Source: Candidatus Spongiisociaceae bacterium (GTDB lineage: Bacteria > Actinomycetota > Acidimicrobiia > Spongiisociales > Spongiisociaceae). From it: a DNA stretch of 64,000 bases. The stretch's first letter is position 1; each line of letters opens with the position of its first letter. The notes under the pieces were generated by a model. That model was not told the origin of the DNA and made no database searches. It worked only from the letters and a program-made list of their open reading frames with translations. The DNA is taken from contig CBDCOH010000002.1 in the NCBI GenBank assembly GCA_965219685.1, positions 2,368,001 through 2,432,000 on the forward strand. Direction: 5' to 3'. A program made the translations under genes and the position numbers. Shown in pieces: positions 39,349 to 49,102 of the stretch.

Positions 39349-40554
39349 ATGGCATCGACCGCGCCACCGGATAGGCCGCGCTCCGCCGACGTCTCCCCGG
39401 CAGATCCCGGGTTCCTGGAGCGGATCATCGGTCTGCGGCGAGAATTGCACCGCCATCCGGAACTCTCGGAGCAGGAGGAGCGGACTGCCGGTCTCATCTG
39501 CTCGTTTCTGGAGGAACTCGGAATCCCTTACCGGGCCGGGGTCGGAGGGAACGGTGTGGTGGCGCGTTTGAGCGGCCGCAAGGTCGGGCCCGTGGTGGCC
39601 CTTCGAGCCGATATCGATGCCTTGCCGATACGGGAGGAGACCGGGCTCCCGTTCGCTTCGGCGGTCGAAGGCGTGATGCACGCCTGCGGCCACGACGGCC
39701 ACACCGCCATGCTGATGGGCGCGGCGATTCTGCTCCGCGCAGAGCCTCCCCCTTACCCGGTCCGGCTCCTGTTCCAGCCGGCCGAGGAGCGCGGGAGCGG
39801 GGCGCGGATGATGATCGCGGACGGGGCTATCGACGGGGTATCCGCCGTCTTCGGCGGACACCTGGACATCAACTACCCGGTCGGAACGCTGGTGGTCAGC
39901 GATGGAGCGGTCAACGCAGCGTCCGACTACTTCACGATCCGTATCAAGGGCAGGACGGGACACGCCGCCAGGCCTCACCAAGCGGTGGACGCAGTGGTTG
40001 CCGGGGCGTCGCTGGTGAGCGCACTCCAGACGATCGTCGCTCGAGAGGTAGACCCAGCAGATCCGGCGGTGCTCACGGTGGGAAGTTTCACCGCCGGAAC
40101 CGCCGAGAACGTAATCGCCGGCGCCGCCAGGCTCACTGGGACCATCCGTACCCTCGACCCCGAGGTACGCCGGCATCTCTGTGACTCGGTGGTCCGGATG
40201 GCCACCGCGGTCGCGCAGTTGCATGGCTGCGCGGTGGAACCGGAGGTGCGAGAGGGTAACCCACCAGTCGTCAATGCCCCGGCTATTACGCGGTTGGCCC
40301 GGCAGGCCGCGTCGGCGGTCGTGGAGGACACCGGCTTGCTACAGATGCACACCGTCAACATGGGATCCGAGGACTTCGGGCGATACCTGGAGAGGGTTCC
40401 CGGCTGTTACATCCGGTACGGCGGTCTCACGCCCGGTCATGAACCGTCGCCAGCCCATTCGGGCCGTTTCGACTTCGATGAGCGGGCGCTCGGCATCGGG
40501 GCGCGATGGCTCGACAAGGTCGCACGGGTAGCGGGCGAGGAACTGGCCCGCTAG
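39349..40554 (+). CDS. M20D-family amidohydrolase (hippurate/N-acyl-amino acid hydrolase-like)
   Basis: RRELHRHPELS, LRADIDALP, MHACGHDGH, FQPAEE, GSEDF. Confidence 0.95.
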   Translation: MASTAPPDRPRSADVSPADPGFLERIIGLRRELHRHPELSEQEERTAGLICSFLEELGIPYRAGVGGNGVVARLSGRKVGPVVALRADIDALPIREETGLPFASAVEGVMHACGHDGHTAMLMGAAILLRAEPPPYPVRLLFQPAEERGSGARMMIADGAIDGVSAVFGGHLDINYPVGTLVVSDGAVNAASDYFTIRIKGRTGHAARPHQAVDAVVAGASLVSALQTIVAREVDPADPAVLTVGSFTAGTAENVIAGAARLTGTIRTLDPEVRRHLCDSVVRMATAVAQLHGCAVEPEVREGNPPVVNAPAITRLARQAASAVVEDTGLLQMHTVNMGSEDFGRYLERVPGCYIRYGGLTPGHEPSPAHSGRFDFDERALGIGARWLDKVARVAGEELAR

Positions 40555-40558
40555 CTAC

Positions 40559-41671
40559 TCAACCCTCCAGTGCTCGCGTGACCGCCGCCATGAAACGGCG
40601 TCCCTCGGCGCCATCGATTATGCGATGATCGTAGGAGAGGCTGAGGGGAAACTGCCGGACGGCGGCAATGGCGCCATCCCGGACCACCGGACGCGGTTCG
40701 GCACGCCCGACCGAGAGGATGGCGGTGGTTCCGTAGGGGATGATCGGAGTCCCGCGTCCCCCACCGACCGCCCCGATGTTCGAGACGGTGAAGGTCTGGC
40801 CCCTTAGTTCATCAACCTGCAAGGTCCGTTCCTTCGCGCCAGAGGCCAGCCTGCGCACCTCTGCGCCCAGATCCTCGATCGAGAGGGTGTCGGCGTCATG
40901 GACTACCGCAACCATCAGCCCGTCGGGGGTGTCGACCGCGAATCCGATGTCGTAGAACCGGCGTTCGACGATGTCATTACCTTCCACCGCTGAGTTGAAT
41001 CCGGGAAACCGAACCAGCAAGGGGACGAGGCGGGCGATGAGGAGAGCCTCGACCGGTGGCTTGCCGAGACGTCTCCGTTCAGCCATGAGCCGGTCCGAAT
41101 CCGCGTGCCCGTAGGTGGTCACGTGGGGTATCTCCCGCCAGGACCGGGACAGGCTCTCTGCGATTGTCCTGCGGAGGCGGGCCATCGGTATCCGGACCGC
41201 AGGACGGGCGGAGGCGGCCGCCCGCACATCATCTTCGGTGATGCGTCCTAGCGGACCGGTTCCGCGAACCCCTGAGAGGTCCACCCCCAACTCGTCGGCC
41301 AGTTTCCTCACGTAGGGCAGGGCGAGCGGCCGGCGGGGTACTCCAGGATCCGCCTCCGGGAGAACACCTACCACAGGCGCTGACCGCCGCTCAGCGGGCG
41401 GCGGCGCTCCGGGTGCGTGGTCCCAACGCTCACCGGGCTCCCCGATCACCGCGAGGAGCGAATCGACCTCCACCGTTTCCCCGTCCTCCCCGCCTCGGTG
41501 CAACAGAACACCCGCGAACGGCGAAGGTATGTCGACGATCGCCTTGTCGGTCTCCACCTCGACCAGCGGTTCGTCGAGCCCGACCCGTGCGCCCACCTCC
41601 ACGTACCAGGAGACGATCGTCGCCTCCACGAGACCCTCGCCCACGTCGGGAAGGTGGAATTCTCGCGCCAT
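40559..41671 (-). CDS. 2-oxoacid dehydrogenase E2 (dihydrolipoamide acyltransferase)
   Basis: Single lipoyl domain ETDKA, E3-binding GTGP.GRI, catalytic DHRIIDG. Confidence 0.95.
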   Translation of the reverse strand: MAREFHLPDVGEGLVEATIVSWYVEVGARVGLDEPLVEVETDKAIVDIPSPFAGVLLHRGGEDGETVEVDSLLAVIGEPGERWDHAPGAPPPAERRSAPVVGVLPEADPGVPRRPLALPYVRKLADELGVDLSGVRGTGPLGRITEDDVRAAASARPAVRIPMARLRRTIAESLSRSWREIPHVTTYGHADSDRLMAERRRLGKPPVEALLIARLVPLLVRFPGFNSAVEGNDIVERRFYDIGFAVDTPDGLMVAVVHDADTLSIEDLGAEVRRLASGAKERTLQVDELRGQTFTVSNIGAVGGGRGTPIIPYGTTAILSVGRAEPRPVVRDGAIAAVRQFPLSLSYDHRIIDGAEGRRFMAAVTRALEG

Positions 41672-41672
41672 C

Positions 41673-42647
41673 TCAGCCCGCCAGAGCGTGCTCGGCAGCA
41701 GAAACGATCCGGGACACCGATGGCATGTAGTGACGTTCTGCGAGCCGCAGTGGAACCACGACATCCCACCCCGTCACTCTCTGCACCGGCGCTCGCAGCG
41801 AATAGAGGGCCCGTTCCTGTATCAGCGCCACGATCTCGGCGCCGTAACCGCCGGTCAGGGGTGCCTCGTGAACGATGACGGCGCGGCCGGTCTTCTCGAC
41901 CGACGAGACGATCAGATCCGCGTCGAGGGGCACGAGGGTTCTCACGTCGACCACCTCGGCGCTCACGCCCTCTTCAGCCAGCTTGGCAGCGGCCTCCCTC
42001 GTCTCGCGCATCATCGCGCCGTAGGAGACGAGTGATACATCGGAGCCCGGTTGCTCGACTACGGCCGAGCCGATGGCCGTCGTGTAGCGGCCACTCGGCA
42101 CCTCGCCCCGGGCCGCCCGGTACAGACGGATCGGCTCCATGAATATGACCGGATCCGGGTCGTCCACCGCCGCGAGGAGCAGACCCTTCGCGTTCTCGGG
42201 CGTGGAGGCAACCACGACCTTGAGGCCCGGAATGTGAGCGTAGATGGCTTCTGTCGACTCGCTGTGGTGCTCGGCGGCTCCTATCCCCGCTCCGAAGGGA
42301 AGCCGGATCACCATGGGGGCGGTGAATCGGTGCCGGGATCGGTTCCGGATCCTGGCAACGTGGTTGATCACCTGGTCGTAGGCCGGATAGGAGAAACCCA
42401 TGAACTGGATCTCGACTATGGGCCGGATTCCGGCAACCGCCATCCCGAAGGCAGCTCCGACTATCCCCGACTCCGCCACCGGGGTGTCGATGACCCGCTC
42501 CGTTCCATGCTTGCGGGCCAGCCCGTCGGTGATCCGGAACACGCCTCCGGTCGTCCCGATGTCCTCCCCCATCACCACCACCCGGGGATCCGACAGGGCG
42601 TGGTCGAGCGCCGAGTTGAGAGCCTGCGCCATGGTCATGACGCTCAT
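41673..42647 (-). CDS. 2-oxoacid (pyruvate/branched-chain) dehydrogenase E1 beta
   Basis: GEDIG..GGVFR, DTPVAESGI, EIQFMGF, EHHSES. Confidence 0.96.
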   Translation of the reverse strand: MSVMTMAQALNSALDHALSDPRVVVMGEDIGTTGGVFRITDGLARKHGTERVIDTPVAESGIVGAAFGMAVAGIRPIVEIQFMGFSYPAYDQVINHVARIRNRSRHRFTAPMVIRLPFGAGIGAAEHHSESTEAIYAHIPGLKVVVASTPENAKGLLLAAVDDPDPVIFMEPIRLYRAARGEVPSGRYTTAIGSAVVEQPGSDVSLVSYGAMMRETREAAAKLAEEGVSAEVVDVRTLVPLDADLIVSSVEKTGRAVIVHEAPLTGGYGAEIVALIQERALYSLRAPVQRVTGWDVVVPLRLAERHYMPSVSRIVSAAEHALAG

Positions 42648-43684
42648 CGCCAGCCCCTCTCCGCCAGGCAACGCTGGAGCAACAACGGCGCGGTCGGCTC
42701 CTGGTAGGTGGCGTCGAAGATTTCCCCGGCGCTGAACGACGCTAGTGACTCAGCCTCGGCAACGGCATCCTCGATCCGCTGTGATGCCCGATCCTGCAGG
42801 TCGGCCTGCCACCTGTCGTTCCAGGCTTCCCGCCGCTGCAGCCATAGGCGAACCCGCTCCAGGGGGTCCTTGCCGCGCCACGCGGTGACATCCTCCTGCT
42901 CCCGGTACCGTCGATGGTCGTCTGCAGTGGTGTGGCCGTGAATCCGGTACGTGAGGGCCTCGATCAGCGTCGGGCCCTCACCGGCGCGAGCCCTTGCGAC
43001 CGCCTCGCCGACAACTTCTTCGACGGCCAGGACATCGTTGCCATCGACCATGACTCCCGGAAAGCCGTAGGCCACGGCCTTCTGGGCGATGGTTTCGGAC
43101 GCCGTCTGCCGGGACCGGGGCATGGAGATGGCCCAACCGTTGTTCTGGCACAGGAACACCGTGGGGAGGCGGTAGACGCCCGCGAAGTTCATCGCCTCGT
43201 GGAAGTCCCCCTCCGAGGTGGCCCCGTCCCCGAACATCGTCAGGGCAACGGCATCGGTTCCCATCAGCTTCTCCGCCCAGGCGACCCCCACCGCATGGAT
43301 CATGTGCCCGCCCACCGTTATGGAGGGCGGGAGGACTTTGACACCCTCCGGTGGATGACCGCCCCGCTCGTCGCCCATTCTGGTTAGGAGCAGGTTCGTC
43401 CATGGGTAGCCGTGGAAGCGCATCGCGGCGGCATCCCGGTAGCTGGCCACCAGCCAGTCCCCCTTAGCCAGCGGTGCGACCGCCCCGACCTGGGCAGCCT
43501 CCTGGCCCTCGTAAGGTGCATAGGTGGCGAGGCGACCCTGGCGCTGGAGGGCCGACGCCTTGTGGTCGTAGAGTCGCGCCTCCACGAGCGCTGCGTACCG
43601 GGCGCGCACGGTGCGCACGTCGGGCGCTGTGCGGCCGGTCAGAACACCGTCCGGAGCGAGTATCTGGCGAGGCTTGAGGTGCAT
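42644..43684 (-). CDS. 2-oxoacid (pyruvate/branched-chain) dehydrogenase E1 alpha
   Basis: LQRQGR, GQEAAQVG, TPP motif GDGATSEGD...QNN, HTTADD. Confidence 0.96.
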   Translation of the reverse strand: MHLKPRQILAPDGVLTGRTAPDVRTVRARYAALVEARLYDHKASALQRQGRLATYAPYEGQEAAQVGAVAPLAKGDWLVASYRDAAAMRFHGYPWTNLLLTRMGDERGGHPPEGVKVLPPSITVGGHMIHAVGVAWAEKLMGTDAVALTMFGDGATSEGDFHEAMNFAGVYRLPTVFLCQNNGWAISMPRSRQTASETIAQKAVAYGFPGVMVDGNDVLAVEEVVGEAVARARAGEGPTLIEALTYRIHGHTTADDHRRYREQEDVTAWRGKDPLERVRLWLQRREAWNDRWQADLQDRASQRIEDAVAEAESLASFSAGEIFDATYQEPTAPLLLQRCLAERGWR

Positions 43685-43706
43685 GTTCGGGAAGGCTACA
43701 GTGTGT

Positions 43707-43727
43707 CGATAACGAATCACGATATCG
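43707..43727. promoter_or_regulatory. Operator-like motif, copy 2: CGATAACG-aatca-CGATATCG
   Basis: Between the divergent E1-alpha and ferredoxin genes; TACAGT at 43697-702. Confidence 0.82.
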
Positions 43728-43796
43728 GATGTCGAGACCATCGGTCGGGAGGGCAGGAATGCACCGCCGTCCCGTGCCGGGTCAGCGGGGATTCAA

Positions 43797-44045
43797 ATGG
43801 CGGACATCGTTGAGCGCAAGGTGGGTGACCTGACCCTCCGGATTGATCGCGACCTGTGCGTCGGATTCGAGCATTGCACGGACGAGTCGCCCACCGCCTT
43901 CCGGCTCGGTGACTACGACGTGGTCGAGTTCGCCGACCCCGAACAGGAGGACAGGTCACGCCTGATCACGGCATCCGAGGTCTGTCCCGTGGACGCACTT
44001 ACCGTGGTCGACTCGGAGGGCAACCAACTGGTTCCGCGAGCCTGA
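43797..44045 (+). CDS. Single-cluster ([3Fe-4S]-type) ferredoxin
   Basis: IDRDLCVGFEHC...CPVDAL. Confidence 0.88.
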   Translation: MADIVERKVGDLTLRIDRDLCVGFEHCTDESPTAFRLGDYDVVEFADPEQEDRSRLITASEVCPVDALTVVDSEGNQLVPRA

Positions 44046-44108
44046 GCCGGCCCCCGGGCGGGCGGGAAACGTCGTACGATTGTGAGCAGACCGACGGAAG
44101 GGACCGGG

Positions 44109-44435
44109 ATGAGCAGCGGATCGCTGGTGGAGTTGACGACGGCCGCGGCCGAGAAGGTGATCGAACTCGCCGACGGGGAGGCGGACCGCGCCTACCTGCA
44201 CGTCTATCCCGCGGGCCAGGGATGCTGCCGGACGGTCTACGGCCTCGCGTTCCTACCCCAGGTAGACGACGAGTTCGAGGTGTCCGAGACGCACGGCGTC
44301 AAGGTGGCGGTGGCCACCAAGTCCCGCGATACGGTCCAAGGCGTCGAGATCGACTTCGTGCAAACACCCCAAGGCGATGGGTTCACGGTCATCAACCAGA
44401 ACCCCACCGCAGGCGGTGGCTGCGCCTGCCACTGA
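44109..44435 (+). CDS. HesB/IscA-family Fe-S carrier
   Basis: LT..AA.KV, GCC...YGL, IDF...GF...NQN...GCAC. Confidence 0.9.
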   Translation: MSSGSLVELTTAAAEKVIELADGEADRAYLHVYPAGQGCCRTVYGLAFLPQVDDEFEVSETHGVKVAVATKSRDTVQGVEIDFVQTPQGDGFTVINQNPTAGGGCACH

Positions 44436-44601
44436 AGCCGGGTGCCAGTTGAGTTGTACCCCTCCGAGGAGCGTCACAGGCTTCTCTAACCACTAAGCCA
44501 CCAGCCACCAGGGTGTTACCTCCGGTGAGCGCCCTGCCGGATGTACAAGGCGCTGATCTGGCCGGTCCGTGCATCCCGGTCGCCGATACTCCGAGCCGGC
44601 T

Positions 44602-44622
44602 CGGTATCGGGCTACGATATCG
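44602..44622. promoter_or_regulatory. Operator-like motif, copy 3: CGGTATCG-ggcta-CGATATCG
   Basis: Upstream of the ABC permease; overlaps a TACGAT -10-like box. Confidence 0.8.
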
Positions 44623-44664
44623 CCAATCAAGGTCGCCGCCGGAGAGAACCAGAGGAGGCGGGCT

Positions 44665-45654
44665 ATGTGGGCTTACATCCTGCGACGAGCAGCCCTCGGC
44701 CTTCTCACGTTGTTCGTCATCTCGATCATCTCCTTCATCATCATCCAGCTACCGCCGGGCGATTTCGTGTCAACTGCACTCGCGGAGTTGGCTGAGAGCG
44801 GAACCGAGACCGCAGACGAGTTCGCGGCGCAACTCCGCGCGGAGTACGGGCTGGATCGCCCGCTCGTGGTCCAGTACGGCATCTGGATGAGCCGGGTGCT
44901 GAGGGGCAACCTCGGTACGTCGTTCTTCTACCAGAAACCCGTGGTGGAGGTGATCGGGGATCGGTTGCCGCTCAGCATGCTGGTGTCGATCTCGGCGCTC
45001 GTCTTCACCCTGCTGATCGCGATCCCCATCGGTATCTACTCCGCGGTCCGCCAGTACTCGGTCGGCGACCACATAGCCACGTTCTTCGGCTTCCTCGGCC
45101 TGGCCACGCCCAACTTCCTTCTCGCCCTGGTGCTGTTGTACGTGGGTTTCCTATGGCTCGACGTCTCCTTGGCAGGTCTGTTCTCGGCCGAATACGCGAC
45201 CGCGCCATGGAGCCTCGCCAAGATCGGAGACCTCCTGGTTCACCTTCCGATTCCGGCCATCGTGCTGGGGACCGCGGGAGCAGCGCAATTGATCCGGATC
45301 ACCCGGGCCAACCTGCTGGACGAGAAGCGCCAGCCCTACGTGACGACCGCCCGGGCGAAGGGCCTGTCGAACCGCCGGGCCATAGGCAAGTATCCGGTCA
45401 GGGTGACGATGAATCCGGTCGCGAGCTCGGTGGGCCTGCTGTTTCCCAGCATCGTCTCGGGTGCGGTGATCGTGTCGGTGGTGCTGAGCCTCCCCACGAT
45501 GGGTCCGGTCCTGCTGAGTTCTTTGCTCAGCCAGGACATGTACCTCGCCGGGGCCATCATCCTCCTGCTGGGCGCGTTCACGGTACTCGGGGTGTTCCTC
45601 TCCGACCTTGTCCTGATGTGGCTCGATCCCCGCATCCGCCATGGCCACTACTGA
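44665..45654 (+). CDS. Opp/Dpp/Nik-type ABC permease (B subunit)
   Basis: YGLDRP..VQY..W, ARAKGL, DPRIR; GAGGAGG RBS. Confidence 0.95.
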   Translation: MWAYILRRAALGLLTLFVISIISFIIIQLPPGDFVSTALAELAESGTETADEFAAQLRAEYGLDRPLVVQYGIWMSRVLRGNLGTSFFYQKPVVEVIGDRLPLSMLVSISALVFTLLIAIPIGIYSAVRQYSVGDHIATFFGFLGLATPNFLLALVLLYVGFLWLDVSLAGLFSAEYATAPWSLAKIGDLLVHLPIPAIVLGTAGAAQLIRITRANLLDEKRQPYVTTARAKGLSNRRAIGKYPVRVTMNPVASSVGLLFPSIVSGAVIVSVVLSLPTMGPVLLSSLLSQDMYLAGAIILLLGAFTVLGVFLSDLVLMWLDPRIRHGHY

Positions 45655-46819
45655 CGAGAGCCGCCAATCCGCCCCTACCGGAGCAGGGTTGCCAACCAAG
45701 CGCGGTTCGACGGCGGACAGCGATCGGGACGGCGTCTATGTCGCACCGCAGTGGAAGCTCATGTGGTGGAGGTTCCGCAAACACAGGGTCGCGGTGAGCG
45801 CCGGTGTGGTCGTGGGTGCCTTCTACCTGGTCGCGCTGCTCGCCAACTTCATCGCCTACTCGGATCCCGAGGACTCCCGAGCCGAGCAGTCATTCGTGCC
45901 GCCCAGCCCGATCCACTGGTTCCAGGATGACGGCTCCTTCTCCCCCCATGTCCACCCGCTGGTCGGCGAGCGCGATTTCGAGACCTTCAAGAAGGTCTGG
46001 ACAGCCGACGAATCTGTGTCCATCCCGATCCGTCTGTTCGCTCGCGGCTACGAGTACCGGTTGTTCGGTGTCTTCGACACCGACGTTCACCTGATCGGGG
46101 TCCCTGACGAGTACGAAGCGGAGTCCACGATCTTCCTACTCGGAAGCGACAACTTCGGCCGGGACATCTTCTCGCGGCTGGTCCTCGCCACCCGAACCTC
46201 CCTGACGATAGGACTGGTCGGAGTGTTCCTAAGTCTCGTTCTGGGCGTCACCCTCGGGGGGATCTCCGGCTATTACGGTGGCATCACCGACTCGCTGATC
46301 CAGCGGGTGATCGAGATACTGCGCTCGGTTCCCGTGATACCCCTCTGGCTGGGCATCGCGGCGGCGCTGCCACAGACTTGGAGTCCAACCCGGATCTACT
46401 TCTCGATCACCATCATCATCTCGCTCATCGGATGGACGGCCCTGGCCCGCGAAGTCCGGGGAAGGTTCCTGCAGCTACGCCATGAAGACTTCATAATGGC
46501 CGCTCAACTGTGCGGGGCCGGCGACCGGCGCATCATCCGGGTCCACATGGTCCCCCTCATGACCAGCCACATCATCGCCGCCACCACCCTGGCGGTGCCG
46601 CTCATGATCATCGCTGAGACGTCACTCAGTTTCCTGGGTCTCGGACTGCGACCGCCCGCCATATCCTGGGGGGTCATGCTTCAGGACGCCCAGAATGTCC
46701 AGACTGTCGCCCAAGCGATCTGGATGCTCATACCCGTGGCACCGGTGATCCTGGCCGTGCTGACCTTCAACTTCCTCGGCGACGGTGTCCGGGACGCGGC
46801 CGATCCCTATGCAGCCTGA
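45641..46819 (+). CDS. Opp/Dpp/Nik-type ABC permease (C subunit)
   Basis: LGSD..GRD, ETSLSFLGLG, FNFLGDGVRDAADP. Confidence 0.95.
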   Translation: MATTDESRQSAPTGAGLPTKRGSTADSDRDGVYVAPQWKLMWWRFRKHRVAVSAGVVVGAFYLVALLANFIAYSDPEDSRAEQSFVPPSPIHWFQDDGSFSPHVHPLVGERDFETFKKVWTADESVSIPIRLFARGYEYRLFGVFDTDVHLIGVPDEYEAESTIFLLGSDNFGRDIFSRLVLATRTSLTIGLVGVFLSLVLGVTLGGISGYYGGITDSLIQRVIEILRSVPVIPLWLGIAAALPQTWSPTRIYFSITIIISLIGWTALAREVRGRFLQLRHEDFIMAAQLCGAGDRRIIRVHMVPLMTSHIIAATTLAVPLMIIAETSLSFLGLGLRPPAISWGVMLQDAQNVQTVAQAIWMLIPVAPVILAVLTFNFLGDGVRDAADPYAA

Positions 46820-47858
46820 CGTGCGGACCGACCCCCCGCTGCTCTCGGTGCGGAACCTCAGAACGTACTTCCTGGCCGACGAGGGAACCACCAAGGCGGT
46901 CGATGGCGTGAGCTTCGACGTGTTGGCAGGCCGGACGCTCGGGATCGTCGGAGAGAGCGGCTGCGGGAAGAGTGTCACCGCGCAGTCGATTCTGCGAATC
47001 GTCGACGACCCGGGCCGGATCGTCGACGGCGAGATCCTCTTGTCCCGCAACGGTGGGAGGCCGGTCGATCTGGTGAAGCAGCGCAAGAACGGGAAGTTCA
47101 TGCGTTCGGTGCGCGGAGGTGAGATCGGGCTGGTGTTCCAGGAACCGATGACGTCGTTCAGCCCGGTCCATACCATCGGCAACCAACTCGTCGAAGCCAT
47201 TCGCCTCCACGACAGCCTGACGAAGAGACAGGCCAGGGACAAGGCGACCGATCTGCTCACCATGGTGGGAATCCCCCGACCCGCCTCGACCCTGGACCAG
47301 TACAGCTGGGAACTCTCCGGGGGTCTTCGCCAGCGTGCCATGATCGCCCACGCTCTCGCACCGGACCCCAGACTGCTGATCGCAGATGAGCCGACCACTG
47401 CGCTGGACGTCACGACCCAGGCCCAGATCCTCGACCTCATGATGTCCCTCCAGGACGAACGGTCGATGGCCGTGATGCTCATCACCCATGACCTCGGAGT
47501 CATCGCCGAGACCGCCGACGAGGTGGTGGTCATGTATCTGGGTCGCGAGGTAGAGAAGGGTTCGGTGGAGGACATCTTCTACGATCCCCAGCATCCCTAC
47601 ACGCGGGCGTTGTTGCGTTCCATACCTTCCCTGGACGCGGCGCCGAAACTCAAGCTTCCCGCCATTACCGGATCTGTCCCCCATCCGTTCGACCGCCCGT
47701 CCGGGTGCGGCTTCCATCCCAGGTGCCCGGAAGCCATGGAAGGCTTGTGCGACATCGTAGAGCCGGCGACCTGGACACCTGCCGATGGCCGGGAGGTGGC
47801 ATGCCATCTCTTCGGCGATCACCAGACGGTCGTATCCCTCGAGGGGAGGCGGTCATGA
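46809..47858 (+). CDS. Oligopeptide-type ABC ATPase (D subunit)
   Basis: [33 protein letters not shown]. Confidence 0.96.
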   Translation: MQPDVRTDPPLLSVRNLRTYFLADEGTTKAVDGVSFDVLAGRTLGIVGESGCGKSVTAQSILRIVDDPGRIVDGEILLSRNGGRPVDLVKQRKNGKFMRSVRGGEIGLVFQEPMTSFSPVHTIGNQLVEAIRLHDSLTKRQARDKATDLLTMVGIPRPASTLDQYSWELSGGLRQRAMIAHALAPDPRLLIADEPTTALDVTTQAQILDLMMSLQDERSMAVMLITHDLGVIAETADEVVVMYLGREVEKGSVEDIFYDPQHPYTRALLRSIPSLDAAPKLKLPAITGSVPHPFDRPSGCGFHPRCPEAMEGLCDIVEPATWTPADGREVACHLFGDHQTVVSLEGRRS

Positions 47859-48907
47859 CCCCGGTTGGCGGCGCCGGCCCGGATCCCGACCACCAGCGCG
47901 AGAACATCCTCGAGGTCCGCGATCTCAAGAAACACTTTCCGATCAGGGTCGGCTTCACTAATCGGGTAGCGGGTCACGTACGGGCCGTCGATGGGATCAG
48001 CTTCGATGTGCGCCGGGGAGAGACCCTGGCCCTGGTGGGTGAGAGCGGGTCGGGCAAGACCACCACCGTCCGATGCATCGTGCGGGCTCTCGAGCCGACC
48101 GCCGGCCAGATACGGTTCCGGACCGATTCCGGCTCATGGATCGAACTCGGCGATCTCTCCAGGCGGGAACTCCGCCCGCTGCGTCCCCAGATGCAGATGG
48201 TGTTCCAGGACCCTCGTTCTTCCCTGAACCCCAGGATGACCGTGCTCGACATCATCGGCGAACCGTTGCTGCTCAACGGGATGGAGAACCGTCGCGACCG
48301 CATCGATCGGGTCGAGGAGTTGCTCCGGTTGGTAAGGCTGCGTCCGGAGTACATGCGGAGATTCCCGCACGCATTCAGCGGTGGTCAGCGGCAGAGGATC
48401 GGAATCGCCCGGGCGTTGGCGTTGAACCCGCGCCTGGTGATAGCCGACGAGCCCGTGTCGGCTCTCGATGTCTCCGTTCAGGCACAAACGCTCAACCTGC
48501 TACTCGAGCTTCAGGAGCAGCTGGGTCTCACCTACATATTCGTCGCCCACGACCTGAGCGTGGTCAAGCACATCAGTGACCGCGTGGCGGTCATGTACGT
48601 GGGGAAGATCGTGGAGATCGGAGAACGCGATGACGTCTTCTTCGATCCCAAGCATCCCTACACAGCAGCTCTCCTGAACTCGGTACCGCGCACTGATCCC
48701 AGAGTGCGCCGGACGAGGATCCCTCTGCGGGGAGAGGTTGCCGATCCGGCCAACCCTCCCCCGGGCTGCCACTTCCATCCGAGGTGTGCTCACGCCATCG
48801 ACCGGTGCCGTACCGAGACTCCTGCCGCCGAGGTTCTGGAGGGGGCACGGCGCGTCGAGTGCCTTCGGGTAGCCGAGTTGGACCTGCCAGGTATCGGTAC
48901 CGGCTGA
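47855..48907 (+). CDS. Oligopeptide-type ABC ATPase (F subunit)
   Basis: [34 protein letters not shown]. Confidence 0.96.
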   Translation: MTPVGGAGPDPDHQRENILEVRDLKKHFPIRVGFTNRVAGHVRAVDGISFDVRRGETLALVGESGSGKTTTVRCIVRALEPTAGQIRFRTDSGSWIELGDLSRRELRPLRPQMQMVFQDPRSSLNPRMTVLDIIGEPLLLNGMENRRDRIDRVEELLRLVRLRPEYMRRFPHAFSGGQRQRIGIARALALNPRLVIADEPVSALDVSVQAQTLNLLLELQEQLGLTYIFVAHDLSVVKHISDRVAVMYVGKIVEIGERDDVFFDPKHPYTAALLNSVPRTDPRVRRTRIPLRGEVADPANPPPGCHFHPRCAHAIDRCRTETPAAEVLEGARRVECLRVAELDLPGIGTG

Positions 48908-48979
48908 CCCGATCTGCAACCCTCGATACAACCCCGATCCGGCGGCCTCCCCAGCAACCTTGCGAACCCCCGAAACCAG

Positions 48980-49034
48980 TTGACACTCCGGCTGGCGCGC
49001 GGATATCGTGAGTCGTTATCGGGATGTGATACCA
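48980..49034 (+). promoter_or_regulatory. SigA-like promoter overlapped by operator copy 4 (GGATATCG-tgagt-CGTTATCG-ggatg-TGATACCA)
   Basis: TTGACA at 48980-85, 18-bp spacer, TATCGT at 49004-09; three 13-bp-phased boxes. Confidence 0.8.
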
Positions 49035-49102
49035 ACAGGACTAGGCCTACCGATGGAAGGGCTGCCCCGACCCGTTAAGGCGTAGGCGGAGGAGGTTCTT
49101 CG

